Assembly: GCA_903825315.1 (NCBI GenBank) | Contig: CAIKAD010000001.1 | Coordinates: 265,483-329,482 of the forward strand | Source: an uncultured Candidatus Peregrinibacteria bacterium | Lineage (GTDB): Bacteria; Patescibacteriota; Gracilibacteria; Peribacterales; Peribacteraceae | DNA: 64,000 nucleotides | Direction: 5' to 3' | Part shown: positions 27,369 through 37,838 of the stretch, piece by piece | Numbering within the stretch: position 1 is the stretch's first letter | Layout of the letters: each line of letters opens with the position of its first letter | The notes under the pieces: model-generated | Databases searched by the model: none | What the model was told of the DNA's origin: nothing | What the model saw: only the letters and a program-made list of their open reading frames with translations | Program-made: the position numbers and the translations under genes

Positions 27369-28256
27369 TTACGCCGGGACTACCGAGATCACAAATGCCA
27401 CGATCATGTAGCTGAGAATAATGACCGCCAATCCGATGAGGGAACGGATGAGGAGGCTCTTGCCCTTGGAGGCCTGTTCCTCATTTCCGAAGCTGGAGAG
27501 GTACAGGATGCCTGCGTAGATGACCACCGCAACAGCTGCAAGTGTGACGAATCCGAGAATGTACTCCACGATTGTGACGATAACAGTCACGAATTCCGTG
27601 GGAGTATTGGGGGCGCCTATGGATTGCCCGTACCCGAACATCCTCCCCAGGACGAACCGCAGGAGGATGAGGAGGATGCCTGCCGCGATGGCGAAGATCG
27701 CGTTGCGCAGGTTGGTGAGACCCTGCTCGTTCCCTGCCGAATAGATAGCCTTGAGGCCCGTGATGACGATCATGAGCACGGCAAGGATGCCCACGAGGAA
27801 CAGCACCCAGTCGATAATGGCCATGATTTCGTCATTCAACACCTGTACGCCGGCGTCCGGATTGGATCCGAAGACACTGCCGAGCGCCCCTTCGGTGCCG
27901 TAGAATGCTTTGATGAAGGGGTTGATCATGTAGGCCATGATGATGCCCACGATGCTCATCGTGAGGATGTGCTTAGCTGTTTCCTTGGAATTGTCATCCT
28001 GTCCAATCACCATCCGGTACCCTGCGTAGATGATCATGATGACTGCCACGATGGCGACGTAAGGCCGTGCCTGGCCGACGAGGATCATAAAGAGGGTATT
28101 CGCGCTTTGCGCCGCCGTTCCTCCTCCTCCAAAATCCGGAAGCCCGCTTCCGACACTATCGACCACGTCTTGGACGTTACCCAGGCTGATGGCAGCATGT
28201 GCCGCTTGCGGTAGCAAGAGCACAAGGAAGCCGATGAGGGAGGAGAGGAGTTTCAT
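27369..28256 (-). CDS. Membrane protein with tandem TrbC/VirB2 pilin-like repeats
   Basis: Signal peptide PQAAHA then three hairpin units of type AV..IIYAG..[loop]..AK..L...IVG. Confidence 0.7.
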   Translation of the reverse strand: MKLLSSLIGFLVLLLPQAAHAAISLGNVQDVVDSVGSGLPDFGGGGTAAQSANTLFMILVGQARPYVAIVAVIMIIYAGYRMVIGQDDNSKETAKHILTMSIVGIIMAYMINPFIKAFYGTEGALGSVFGSNPDAGVQVLNDEIMAIIDWVLFLVGILAVLMIVITGLKAIYSAGNEQGLTNLRNAIFAIAAGILLILLRFVLGRMFGYGQSIGAPNTPTEFVTVIVTIVEYILGFVTLAAVAVVIYAGILYLSSFGNEEQASKGKSLLIRSLIGLAVIILSYMIVAFVISVVPA

Positions 28257-29032
28257 GGGATGATGTCCCTGAGGCCGATGAAGGTGTTCACGAGGACGTA
28301 GGAGATGAGGATGACGATGAGCGTGAAGATGGCGGTCTTGATGACGGTCTGCGCCTTTCCCTTGAGGGATTCGTCCACGGACACCACAAGCATGATTCCC
28401 GCCACTATCAATGCAATCACAATGGAGATGCCGAGGATTGTGAGAATGAAGTTGATGATACCCTTCGCCTCTGCCGTCAGGAGCTTCAAATCGTGGCCAT
28501 GGCCGGGGTCCACCGCCGTCACGATGATGTGGGAAACGAGCACAAGGACGATACCGATGAAGCTGTAGATGAGGCGCTTGCGTGCGCGCTCCACGTACTC
28601 CTGCTCGCCGCCCGAGAAGATGAGGCGGAACCCCTGGATCACGATGTTCACTATGAGGGCTATAGAGACAGCGAGTTGCGCGTAGGTAATCACATTTCCC
28701 AGCGCGGTATCTGCATAAGCGCCTCCCCCCGATCGAATGGCGTTTGTTGAGCCGGGCGCGACGGAATTTACGAGCATTGTTGCCACGGACACCACAATGA
28801 CTCCTGCCACCGCGTAACTGTACGAGTGCTTGGATTCCGCCATCGCACTCTCATCATGGCTGTAGAAGACCATGATGACGGAGTAGATGAAGAGGAAGAG
28901 ACCGAGGACACCCCAAAACAGGACGCGGGCTGGTTCCTCGAAAGCGCTCAGGTACCCGCTCAAGCCGACATCGACGGACACCGCCAAGCCGGGGTTGGTG
29001 GGCTGGATCGGAAAAGCCCAGGCGTGTTGCAC
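28253..29032 (-). CDS. Membrane protein with tandem TrbC/VirB2 pilin-like repeats
   Basis: Three similar units, e.g. IVIQGFRLIFSGGEQEYVERARKRLIYSFIG; start uncertain. Confidence 0.65.
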   Translation of the reverse strand: MQHAWAFPIQPTNPGLAVSVDVGLSGYLSAFEEPARVLFWGVLGLFLFIYSVIMVFYSHDESAMAESKHSYSYAVAGVIVVSVATMLVNSVAPGSTNAIRSGGGAYADTALGNVITYAQLAVSIALIVNIVIQGFRLIFSGGEQEYVERARKRLIYSFIGIVLVLVSHIIVTAVDPGHGHDLKLLTAEAKGIINFILTILGISIVIALIVAGIMLVVSVDESLKGKAQTVIKTAIFTLIVILISYVLVNTFIGLRDIIP

Positions 29033-29111
29033 GAGAAGGCCGAGGATGGCGGGGATATGTGTTATCGATGTATTATAGCGGTTTCTCGGTATTTCTTGAA
29101 GGGTGGCGGTT

Positions 29112-29196
29112 TTGTCATTTGGTTATTTTGTTATTTGGAATGGAAGTTGTTGTAGTATCGGACAAAGTAAAAAAATAACTAATTAAACAAATAACA
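29112..29196. repeat. AT-rich 8-mer periodic inverted repeat
   Basis: ttgtcatttggttattttgttatttgg ... aaaataactaattaaacaaataaca. Confidence 0.55.
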
Positions 29197-29253
29197 TTCT
29201 ATAGGTCAAGAATCGCTTTACACAGCCCCGTAAATAGCATAACCTCCCCCGGC

Positions 29254-29439
29254 ATGGCAAAGCGTCCCACCCCCAAGAAGCGCAAACCCAAATCCGCAGG
29301 ACGGATACAGCATTCCGTGTTCGTGTTGCAGGAAGTGCGCAGGCTTCGCAACCGTCAGAACTCACCGTTCGCGGTTCCGGCGTCGTCCAAGAACAAGGCG
29401 AAGAAGGCTCTCGAGGGCATCACGCGCATCAAGGCGTGA
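29254..29439 (+). CDS. rpmF: 50S ribosomal protein L32 (Cys-free)
   Basis: MAKRPTPKKRKPKS start; upstream of nusB-rnc. Confidence 0.7.
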   Translation: MAKRPTPKKRKPKSAGRIQHSVFVLQEVRRLRNRQNSPFAVPASSKNKAKKALEGITRIKA

Positions 29440-29532
29440 GGGAATATTGGAATACGAGAGTATTTGAATATTGGGGAAAGACGCTGTGTAGGTGCTATTT
29501 CCAATAGTCCCATATTCCAATACTCTAATACT
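29440..29532. repeat. 8-mer periodic inverted repeat (GAATATTG)
   Basis: ggaatattggaatacgagagtatttgaatattgg ... ccaatagtcccatattccaatactctaatac. Confidence 0.75.
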
Positions 29533-29537
29533 TGATT

Positions 29538-29939
29538 ATGGCTCGCCGCCGACATCTCTCCCGCATCGCCGTCATGCAAGCGCTATTCGAGCGCGAAAAA
29601 CATGAACGTACGGAGCCGCAGGCATCGCTTGAGCGCAATGCCGAGGAACTGGGTGAGGTGGATACGGAGTTTGCCGCAGTCTTGCTCAAGGGAGTTCTGT
29701 CCCGCGAGGGCGAAGTAAAGGCTGCCGTGCAGGAGCATGCGCCACAGTGGCCCATGGAGCGGATGGATCCCATTTCTCGTTGTATCCTGCTCATCGGCGC
29801 CTACGAACTTCTCTTTGCGAACGATGCCCCGCCGGCAGTGGTCATGAATGAAGCTATCGAGATTGCCAAGGAGTATGGGACCGACGAGGGTGGGAAGTTC
29901 GTGAACGGAGTGTTGAATGCGATTGCCCATCGGAAGTAG
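29538..29939 (+). CDS. nusB: Transcription antitermination factor NusB
   Basis: RRHLSRIAVMQAL, APQWPMERM, NEAIEIAKEYG, KFVNGVL. Confidence 0.95.
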   Translation: MARRRHLSRIAVMQALFEREKHERTEPQASLERNAEELGEVDTEFAAVLLKGVLSREGEVKAAVQEHAPQWPMERMDPISRCILLIGAYELLFANDAPPAVVMNEAIEIAKEYGTDEGGKFVNGVLNAIAHRK

Positions 29940-30050
29940 GGATTAGGGATTGGTATATTGGGGATTAGGAACGAGGTGTTTCGTGCGCATATTCTTTTGA
30001 GGGAGTACTACTTCCATTCCTAATTCCTAACCCCTAATCCCCAATCCCAA
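29939..30050. repeat. 7-mer periodic inverted repeat (GGGATTA)
   Basis: gggattagggattggtatattggggattagg ... cctaattcctaacccctaatccccaatccc. Confidence 0.8.
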
Positions 30051-30105
30051 GTCAGTCCTCTCTCTTCACTTGGAACACTGTTCGAAAGCACGCTATCCTA
30101 CGGTC

Positions 30106-30792
30106 ATGCCCGCCTCCCACGTTCTCCTGGAAAAAGCCATTGGCGTCCGGTTCCGCAAGAAAGATCTGCTTCTGCAATCGCTCACGCACAGGTCTGCCGT
30201 GCGGGAAGCGGGAAGGCATGGGCATAACGAGCGATTGGAGTTTCTCGGCGATGCCGTGCTGGAAATGGCGACCACGGAGTATCTGTTCAACTTGTCGGGA
30301 CGCCCCGAGGGGGAGCTGACCAATTGGCGCTCCGCGCTTGTCCAGGGAGATCACCTGGCCGAAGTTGCCAAGTCCCTCAAGCTGGGTGAGTACCTCTTCA
30401 TGAGCCGTGGAGAAGAGGCGAGCGACGGGCGTAACAAGGTTTCCACGCTCGCCAACGCGCTTGAGGCGCTCATCGGTGCCATCCATCTTGACCGCGGCTA
30501 CGAAGCGGCACGTCTCTTCTGCGAGCGCTTCATCCTTACGGACCTGCAGAAGCTTCTTTCACAGGGCAGGCATCGGGACGAGAAGAGTATGTTCCAGGAA
30601 ATGGCACAGGAGAAGCATGGCATCACGCCGCACTATGAGGTGCTGGAGGAAGTAGGCCCGGACCACGAGAAGATCTTCACGAGTGCTGTTTTCATCGACA
30701 AGGAGAAGATCGCCGAAGGCAAAGGCAATTCCAAGCAGAAGGCGGAGCAGGCGGCAGCGAAAGCGGCTCTAAAAGTGAAAGGCTGGAAATAG
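30106..30792 (+). CDS. rnc: Ribonuclease III
   Basis: HNERLEFLGDAVLE, dsRBD GPDHEKIF...GKGNSKQKAEQAAA. Confidence 0.97.
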   Translation: MPASHVLLEKAIGVRFRKKDLLLQSLTHRSAVREAGRHGHNERLEFLGDAVLEMATTEYLFNLSGRPEGELTNWRSALVQGDHLAEVAKSLKLGEYLFMSRGEEASDGRNKVSTLANALEALIGAIHLDRGYEAARLFCERFILTDLQKLLSQGRHRDEKSMFQEMAQEKHGITPHYEVLEEVGPDHEKIFTSAVFIDKEKIAEGKGNSKQKAEQAAAKAALKVKGWK

Positions 30793-30900
30793 AATACGGC
30801 GTACAGATGCCCCGGTGGAGCGTCTTCACCGTCACAACCACTTTCAGTCCGTTCACTTGGAAGCATCCTCTCTTATCTGCCACTTCGGAGAGGCTTTCGA

Positions 30901-31452
30901 TTACCCTCGTGCAATCATTAACAGCACCAGTATTCCGAGCATATTGAAGAAGAAACTGAGGAGGGCGAAATGTTTTTCCTTTATCGTTGTGAGTCCTCCG
31001 ATGATCGAGACACCGAACTCGTCCGGTAGCGGGGAGGCGATAACGAAACTTGCCAAGAGCCATGTTGCATAGAATCGCATGCGCTCGGATATTGTTTCAT
31101 GATGGAGGAGGCGGTGGAGGGTACGGATGAGCCGGCTCGTGCGGAAACGTTGGAGTTCCTCTTCAAAGAAGGGCTTTCGGAGGATGTGGAAGAGCATCAG
31201 ATCCGAGGCCAACGCCCCCGTCCCTGCCACAACGGCTGCAGTCACCGGATGCACGTCCGGTGCGATTTCCCACAGGATCGCCGCACCGAACGGTGCTGTG
31301 AAACCGAAGGTGTACAGCATGCCCCCGGCTACGACCGAAATGTACCCGTACCCCTTGAGCAGGTGCAGTACGTGCAGTGCTCCCGTGGCGTACAGGATAT
31401 AGGCAGCGATACAGGCAACCAGGAGCAGGAGCAGGTGGTTGTATTTGTTCAC
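30901..31452 (-). CDS. Hypothetical membrane protein
   Basis: GMLYTFGFTAPF and IASPLPDEFGV; GTG start with TATAAT 6 nt upstream. Confidence 0.7.
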   Translation of the reverse strand: MNKYNHLLLLLVACIAAYILYATGALHVLHLLKGYGYISVVAGGMLYTFGFTAPFGAAILWEIAPDVHPVTAAVVAGTGALASDLMLFHILRKPFFEEELQRFRTSRLIRTLHRLLHHETISERMRFYATWLLASFVIASPLPDEFGVSIIGGLTTIKEKHFALLSFFFNMLGILVLLMIARG

Positions 31453-31506
31453 AAAGATATTATAGCATAAATTATGATATAAGTCATATTTGAAGAATCA
31501 GGAAAG

Positions 31507-31587
31507 ATTATTGGAATATGGGAATATTGGATTATTGAGGTGCTTATGGATCCCAATAGTCCAATACTCTTTGTTACTCGAATATTC
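31507..31587. repeat. 8-mer periodic inverted repeat (GAATATTG)
   Basis: attattggaatatgggaatattggattattg ... cccaatagtccaatactc...gaatattc. Confidence 0.7.
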
Positions 31588-31589
31588 GG

Positions 31590-32024
31590 TCAGCCCATCT
31601 TGATCTCGATGTCGACGCCGGACGGGAGGCTCAAGGACTGAAGGCTTTCGACGGTCTTGAACGTGGTCTCGGTGAGGTCGATGAGGCGGCGGTGGATGCG
31701 CATCTCAAACTGGTCGCGGGCGTCCTTGTGGACGAACGTGGAGCGGTTGACCGTGAACTTGCGGATGCGCGTGGGGAGGGGGATGGGGCCGTGGACGATG
31801 GCGCCGCTGCGCTCGGCCGTCTCCACAATCTTCTGGGCTGCCTCGTCGAGTACGGTATGGTCAAAGGCGCTCAGGCGGATACGGATGAGCGACATCTTTG
31901 GGGTGGCTTTTTCCTTGGCGGGCGCTGTGTCTTTCTTTGCAGAAACAGCCTTGGATCCCTTTGCGGACGGAGGAGACTTTGTGGTCTTCTTGGGGGCAGA
32001 TGGTTTCTTCGCAGCGGGATTCAT
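31590..32024 (-). CDS. rpsJ: 30S ribosomal protein S10 with K/A/P-rich N-terminal extension
   Basis: [44 protein letters not shown]. Confidence 0.97.
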   Translation of the reverse strand: MNPAAKKPSAPKKTTKSPPSAKGSKAVSAKKDTAPAKEKATPKMSLIRIRLSAFDHTVLDEAAQKIVETAERSGAIVHGPIPLPTRIRKFTVNRSTFVHKDARDQFEMRIHRRLIDLTETTFKTVESLQSLSLPSGVDIEIKMG

Positions 32025-32073
32025 AGGCTATGGGGGGAAAGAACAGGGGAGCGAATGGATGGAGAGGGTTGGG

Positions 32074-32134
32074 AGGGACGCCCCGACAGAGCGTCCCTCG
32101 AGAACCAACCGGACGTCCCATCGGGGCGTCCTTT
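32074..32134. repeat. Pair of REP-like palindromes between tuf and rpsJ
   Basis: agggacgccccgacagagcgtccct and ggacgtcccatcggggcgtcc. Confidence 0.6.
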
Positions 32135-32140
32135 CAACGA

Positions 32141-33322
<1,182 letters not shown>

Positions 33323-33385
33323 ACGAAGGAGGGGTAATGGGAAGGGAGAAAGGCGCGGGAAAGCGCACGCTTCAAAAGCCGAAAT

Positions 33386-33415
33386 AGTCTACGGAAGAAA
33401 CTAGGGGGGCGTCAA
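33386..33415 (-). promoter_or_regulatory. Putative tuf promoter
   Basis: Minus strand TTGACG-18 nt-TAGACT. Confidence 0.5.
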
Positions 33416-33542
33416 CAGAAGTTTGTACCTTGGTGGGAAGGATTGTCAGGTTTTCCTAAGGAAATACCGGGGGCAAGAAACAGTCCATGCATCAAGAAAT
33501 GTGTGGTTTCATGGCGATCTTTCCATCAAAAGAATGATGATG

Positions 33543-34409
33543 TTAGGCTCCTTCTTCTGCTGTCACCAGCGCGCTTTCCTCTGCATCCGAACGGCGAAAG
33601 CCTGCCCGCCGCATCTGCGATTCGTGCAGGCCCGTCATGCCCAGGTGGAAGAGGCGCCGGACGGAGTGATTGAAGTTGGGGAGGTAGATTGTCTGGATGT
33701 TGGTGTTGCTTGTCATGAGTTCCAGGGCATGGCGGCGGCTCTGTGCCTTGCCGGGGATCTCCACGCTGTAGCCGACGTCCTTGGGGCTGTGTGCGTCCGA
33801 ACCGACGGCGAGGAACCTGTGCACTCCGTCTTTATAGTACAAGTCCAATGTAGGTTCCGCGCTGGCACGGAGATGGTCGCGGACCCGGCGCAGGAACGGT
33901 CGGATGAAGGGATTAGTGCAGTGGTACTCGATGAGGAGGTGCGTGCCGTTCCTGGCTTCGAAGGCGGGGACCGTGGCGAGAAATTCCTGCATCGCTTCCT
34001 GTGTGGGATACAGGGAGAGGAGGGGCGTGCGCATGATCGTGGGATGCGCAATGAACCAGTGAAGGTTGGAGGCCTCCAGGTAACCGATCATCTCCTTGAG
34101 GTTCATCGTGAACGGCTCGAGTAACCGGGGGTGTTCGTCGTACCAGTCGTGCTCCGCAAATGCGATTACATCCACTCCTGCACGTCCGTCGCCCGTCACG
34201 AGTTCGGCGCCGGGAAAGACGTGCGTGCGCATGTGCTTCGGCTTGCTCTTTACAACTTGCCGATACGCGAACGCCGGATCCTTAAAGGCATGCTCGGCGC
34301 AGACGACCGCGTCGAGGTGGTGCTCCTCAAAGGCGTTCCAAATGGCCTTGAGCTTCTTGGCCGGGCGCCTCTCGTTGAGGTTGGGATGGAAGTGATAGTC
34401 GGTCCTCAT
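33543..34409 (-). CDS. PHP-domain metal-dependent phosphoesterase (paralog of 4660-5523)
   Basis: DYHFHPN, AEHAFK, AHP, VGSDAH. Confidence 0.75.
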   Translation of the reverse strand: MRTDYHFHPNLNERRPAKKLKAIWNAFEEHHLDAVVCAEHAFKDPAFAYRQVVKSKPKHMRTHVFPGAELVTGDGRAGVDVIAFAEHDWYDEHPRLLEPFTMNLKEMIGYLEASNLHWFIAHPTIMRTPLLSLYPTQEAMQEFLATVPAFEARNGTHLLIEYHCTNPFIRPFLRRVRDHLRASAEPTLDLYYKDGVHRFLAVGSDAHSPKDVGYSVEIPGKAQSRRHALELMTSNTNIQTIYLPNFNHSVRRLFHLGMTGLHESQMRRAGFRRSDAEESALVTAEEGA

Positions 34410-34470
34410 GGGACATCCCAGTATAGCGCCGTATTGGTACGGGTGGTAGTAATTCATCTATCTTTGAATG

Positions 34471-34566
34471 TTTTTCGTTTCTCGACCATTTCTCGTTTCT
34501 CGATGAGCAGAAAATTGCTCGATTCTTGAAATCGAAAAACGAAAAACGAGACAGAGTCGAAAAACA
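34471..34566. repeat. 7-mer periodic inverted repeat (TTTCTCG)
   Basis: ttttcgtttctcgaccatttctcgtttctcg ... tcgaaaaacgaaaaacgagacagagtcgaaaaac. Confidence 0.75.
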
Positions 34567-34567
34567 A

Positions 34568-36502
34568 TCACTCGGCTAGCATCCCCTGGCTCTGCAACTC
34601 CACCATCTCCTTATATATGGGACATGTCTTCATCAGCTCCTCATGCGGCGCAAAAGCGATGAGCCGCCCCTTGTCGAGCACGGCGATGCGGTCAACGGTT
34701 CGAACGGTCGAGAGGCGGTGCGCAATAATCACAGCTGTCCGTCCCGTCACTAATTCTTTGATGCCTTCCTGAACCTTGCGCTCTGTCACGGAGTCCAACG
34801 CGCTTGTGGCTTCGTCGAGGATCACGATCGTGGGGTTCTTGAGGATTGCCCGCGCGATGGCGATGCGCTGGCGCTGGCCGCCCGAGAGGCGGATACCGCG
34901 GTCACCGATAAATGTCTTGTATCCTTCCGGGAGCGCCTCGATGAACTCCGCGGCCGCAGCCCGCCGCGCAGCATCCCGAACCTCCGCATCGGTAGCATTC
35001 CGCCGCGCGTAGCGGATGTTTTCTTCAATTGTGTCGTTGAACATGATGTTCTCCTGGAGCACCAGGCCGATCTGGCTGCGCCACCAGAAGAGGTCGAGCG
35101 TGCGGATATCCGTTCCGTCCACCGTGATGTGGCCGTGCGTCACGTCATAGAAGCGGTTGAGGAGCATGGCAATGGTGGTCTTGCCAGCGCCGGAGTGGCC
35201 CACGAACGCAATGTGCTCCCCTGGCCGGATGTTGAGCGTGATGTCGTGGAGAATCTCGCCGTCGTGCCGGGGCTTTTCATTGTTCATCACTTCGCGGACC
35301 GATTCGCGGCTTATGAGCGCGTCGGTGAGCGCTTCTTTGTCGTACGCTTCCGTCGTCCCGATCGGATTCACGGCCAACATGCCTTCTTCCTCCGCGGAAG
35401 GTTGCAACGCGGGGGACGGTGCGGGCTCCTTCGATTCTTTCCGTTCCGTCGCATGCACGAGCGGTGCGTAGTTGAAACATGTTCCCTCCAGGCGGATTTC
35501 TCCGCGCACGTCCGGAAGGATCACCGGATGAACCGTGTTCGCAATGAGCACGGGCGTATCCAGAATGTCCTGCGACATTTTCACTTTGCCCACTTTGCGG
35601 TTCCACTGCGGCAACACGTTGGCGAGGATCTCGAACGGCGTTAGCACGCGGAAGAAGGAGAATTGGAAGAAGTACAGACCGCCGAGCGTGAGGCGGTCAT
35701 GGATGAATAACAGGATTCCCACGCCCACGAGCAGGAGACGCGTGAGCATGAAGAAGTTCATCGCCTCGATAAACGCCCACTGGCGGTTTACGCGCTGCTG
35801 TTTGCGGTGCGCACGCACGCCCGATTTCTCCATGAGTTGCTGTTCATGCCTCTCCTGCGCGCCGGATTTGACCGAGAGGATGTTCGTCACGGCATCAAAG
35901 GCGCGGCCCACGGCTTCCACCCAGATCTTGTTCACGTCGTGCTGCAGCTTGGACGTGCGTTTTACACCCACCACCACAATGCCGGTGTAGAGGAGGAGCG
36001 AAAAAATGAGAATGCCCGCGAGGAGCGGCTGAATGAGGAAGCTGATGACGAGAAAAGCCGTGGCGGAGAGCAGCGAAGGCCCCAGTTCCACCATAAGCGT
36101 CCTCTGGAGGTCGAGCAGGTTATCTGCGCCTTCGTCGAGCACTTTGACCGTCTCACCGGCTTTTTGCGATGTGTGGTAGGCGACGTCGAGATGGAGAGCA
36201 TGCGCGTATACGTTCTCGCGGCGCCAGATGTAGAGGCGGTTGTCCGTTTCCCACGAGAAATACTTTTCAATGCCATCCGTAATGGAGATGACGATAAAGA
36301 GCCCGATCCACAACCCGAAGAGCCACGGCAAACTGATAGCAGCGCCATCTTTGATTTTGAGCAGCTGATCGATCGCAAAGCTGGAGTACAGCGGTTCCGC
36401 TACCCAGAGCCCCGCAAGGAGAAGGTGCAGGGTTACGGCGATGGACGTGAGGACCGGCTCACGTTTTGCCTGCTGCCAGAGAAGTTTGAGAATCAACCGC
36501 AC
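34568..36502 (-). CDS. ABC exporter, fused permease/ATPase (MsbA-like) with ~60-aa insertion before Walker A
   Basis: GHSGAGKTT, LSGGQRQR, ILDEATSALD, IAHRLST. Confidence 0.93.
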   Translation of the reverse strand: MRLILKLLWQQAKREPVLTSIAVTLHLLLAGLWVAEPLYSSFAIDQLLKIKDGAAISLPWLFGLWIGLFIVISITDGIEKYFSWETDNRLYIWRRENVYAHALHLDVAYHTSQKAGETVKVLDEGADNLLDLQRTLMVELGPSLLSATAFLVISFLIQPLLAGILIFSLLLYTGIVVVGVKRTSKLQHDVNKIWVEAVGRAFDAVTNILSVKSGAQERHEQQLMEKSGVRAHRKQQRVNRQWAFIEAMNFFMLTRLLLVGVGILLFIHDRLTLGGLYFFQFSFFRVLTPFEILANVLPQWNRKVGKVKMSQDILDTPVLIANTVHPVILPDVRGEIRLEGTCFNYAPLVHATERKESKEPAPSPALQPSAEEEGMLAVNPIGTTEAYDKEALTDALISRESVREVMNNEKPRHDGEILHDITLNIRPGEHIAFVGHSGAGKTTIAMLLNRFYDVTHGHITVDGTDIRTLDLFWWRSQIGLVLQENIMFNDTIEENIRYARRNATDAEVRDAARRAAAAEFIEALPEGYKTFIGDRGIRLSGGQRQRIAIARAILKNPTIVILDEATSALDSVTERKVQEGIKELVTGRTAVIIAHRLSTVRTVDRIAVLDKGRLIAFAPHEELMKTCPIYKEMVELQSQGMLAE

Positions 36503-36812
36503 AGGACAGAGAGAGGAAAGGGAATCGCGCCGCAGTGCATAAGAAGACGCAAGAAGAGGTGAACGTCTGACAACATCATTATTGTTTGAACAAATGATTT
36601 GTGCAATAGTCGGTACGAAAATAAATCAGGAAAATTATTGGAGGCAATAATTTCACCGAGCCCTCTATGAAGCTAAAAAATGAACACTCATCTTCAGGGA
36701 TTTTTTTGCGAGAGCAGGGGAGGGGACACGCAGGGGAGGGAACATCTTAATGAGTAAAAAAATAGTACATAAGTTCTCGCAGACAGAAGTCACTATCCCT
36801 ACGATGAGAACC

Positions 36813-37772
36813 ATGATTGAGAATGAATGTCACTCCATGTTCGCGGGACACATCTGGGGCTGGTATTTCCGTCATAAGCGATCGCTTCCATGGCGCGATG
36901 TACAGATTACAGACGACACGCAGCGCGCGTACATGGTCCTCGTTTCCGAGGTGATGTTGCAGCAGACGCAGGTGCCGCGCGTTGAGGTCATATTCAAGAG
37001 GTTTCTCCGGGAGTTTCCGACGCTTGCAGATCTGGCGCGTGCGTCGAACCGTGACGTGATTCTTGCCTGGCGCGGGATGGGATATAACGCGCGGGCGCTA
37101 CGGCTCCGTGACGCGGCACGGACGGTGATCGAAAAATTTGACGGCGCATTCCCGCGCGATGTTACGTCACTCCGTTCGATCAATGGCATCGGCCCCTACA
37201 CGGCGGCGGCTATTCTCAACTTTGCCTTCAACATCCCCACGCCCTGCATCGATACGAACATTCGGCGCATTATCCACCGTGTTTTTACGGGACCGGAGAA
37301 ACGTGACGGGACGTGGAAGAAGAATGACAGGATTCTGATGCGGACTGTTCATGTTGTCCTTCGGCACGCTATGAATCATCGGAAAGAACACGATGCGCGG
37401 AACTGGTCCGCAGCGCTCATGGACTTTGGTTCGCTTGTGTGCACCAAGCGAGCGCCACGGTGCGATGTGTGTCCGCTCAGGAGCTCTTGCCGCAGTGCGG
37501 GAAAGGTCACCATCACTCTTCAGGCAACGAAGACAAAAGAACCGGGCCGCGAGATCGCCGGCCGTTTTGTCCCCAACCGCATCATTCGCGGCCGGATTGT
37601 TGAATTTTTGCGCGATCATCACCTTGGAGCGTCCATTAACAACATCGGCGCGCACGCGTGCATCGATTGGGATGCGAAAGGGCATGGGCGCTGGCTACAA
37701 CAGCTTCTCGAAAAGCTGCAGCGGGACGGGATGGTGAGCGAGAAGAAGGGGGCCTGGAAGCTGGCGGATTAG
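36813..37772 (+). CDS. mutY: A/G-specific adenine glycosylase (MutY-like, short C-terminus)
   Basis: RSLPWR, VSEVMLQQTQV, WRGMGY, GIGPYTA, CTKRAPRCDVCPLRSSC. Confidence 0.9.
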   Translation: MIENECHSMFAGHIWGWYFRHKRSLPWRDVQITDDTQRAYMVLVSEVMLQQTQVPRVEVIFKRFLREFPTLADLARASNRDVILAWRGMGYNARALRLRDAARTVIEKFDGAFPRDVTSLRSINGIGPYTAAAILNFAFNIPTPCIDTNIRRIIHRVFTGPEKRDGTWKKNDRILMRTVHVVLRHAMNHRKEHDARNWSAALMDFGSLVCTKRAPRCDVCPLRSSCRSAGKVTITLQATKTKEPGREIAGRFVPNRIIRGRIVEFLRDHHLGASINNIGAHACIDWDAKGHGRWLQQLLEKLQRDGMVSEKKGAWKLAD

Positions 37773-37774
37773 AA

Positions 37775-37822
37775 AAGACGCCCCACATGTACCCTGAGCA
37801 GAGTCGAAGGGCGGGGCGTCTT
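37775..37822. terminator. Hairpin between convergent mutY and rny, with REP-like loop
   Basis: aagacgcccc...ggggcgtctt enclosing ccctgagcagagtcgaaggg. Confidence 0.6.
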
Positions 37823-37838
37823 CATTGAACGTTTCTGA

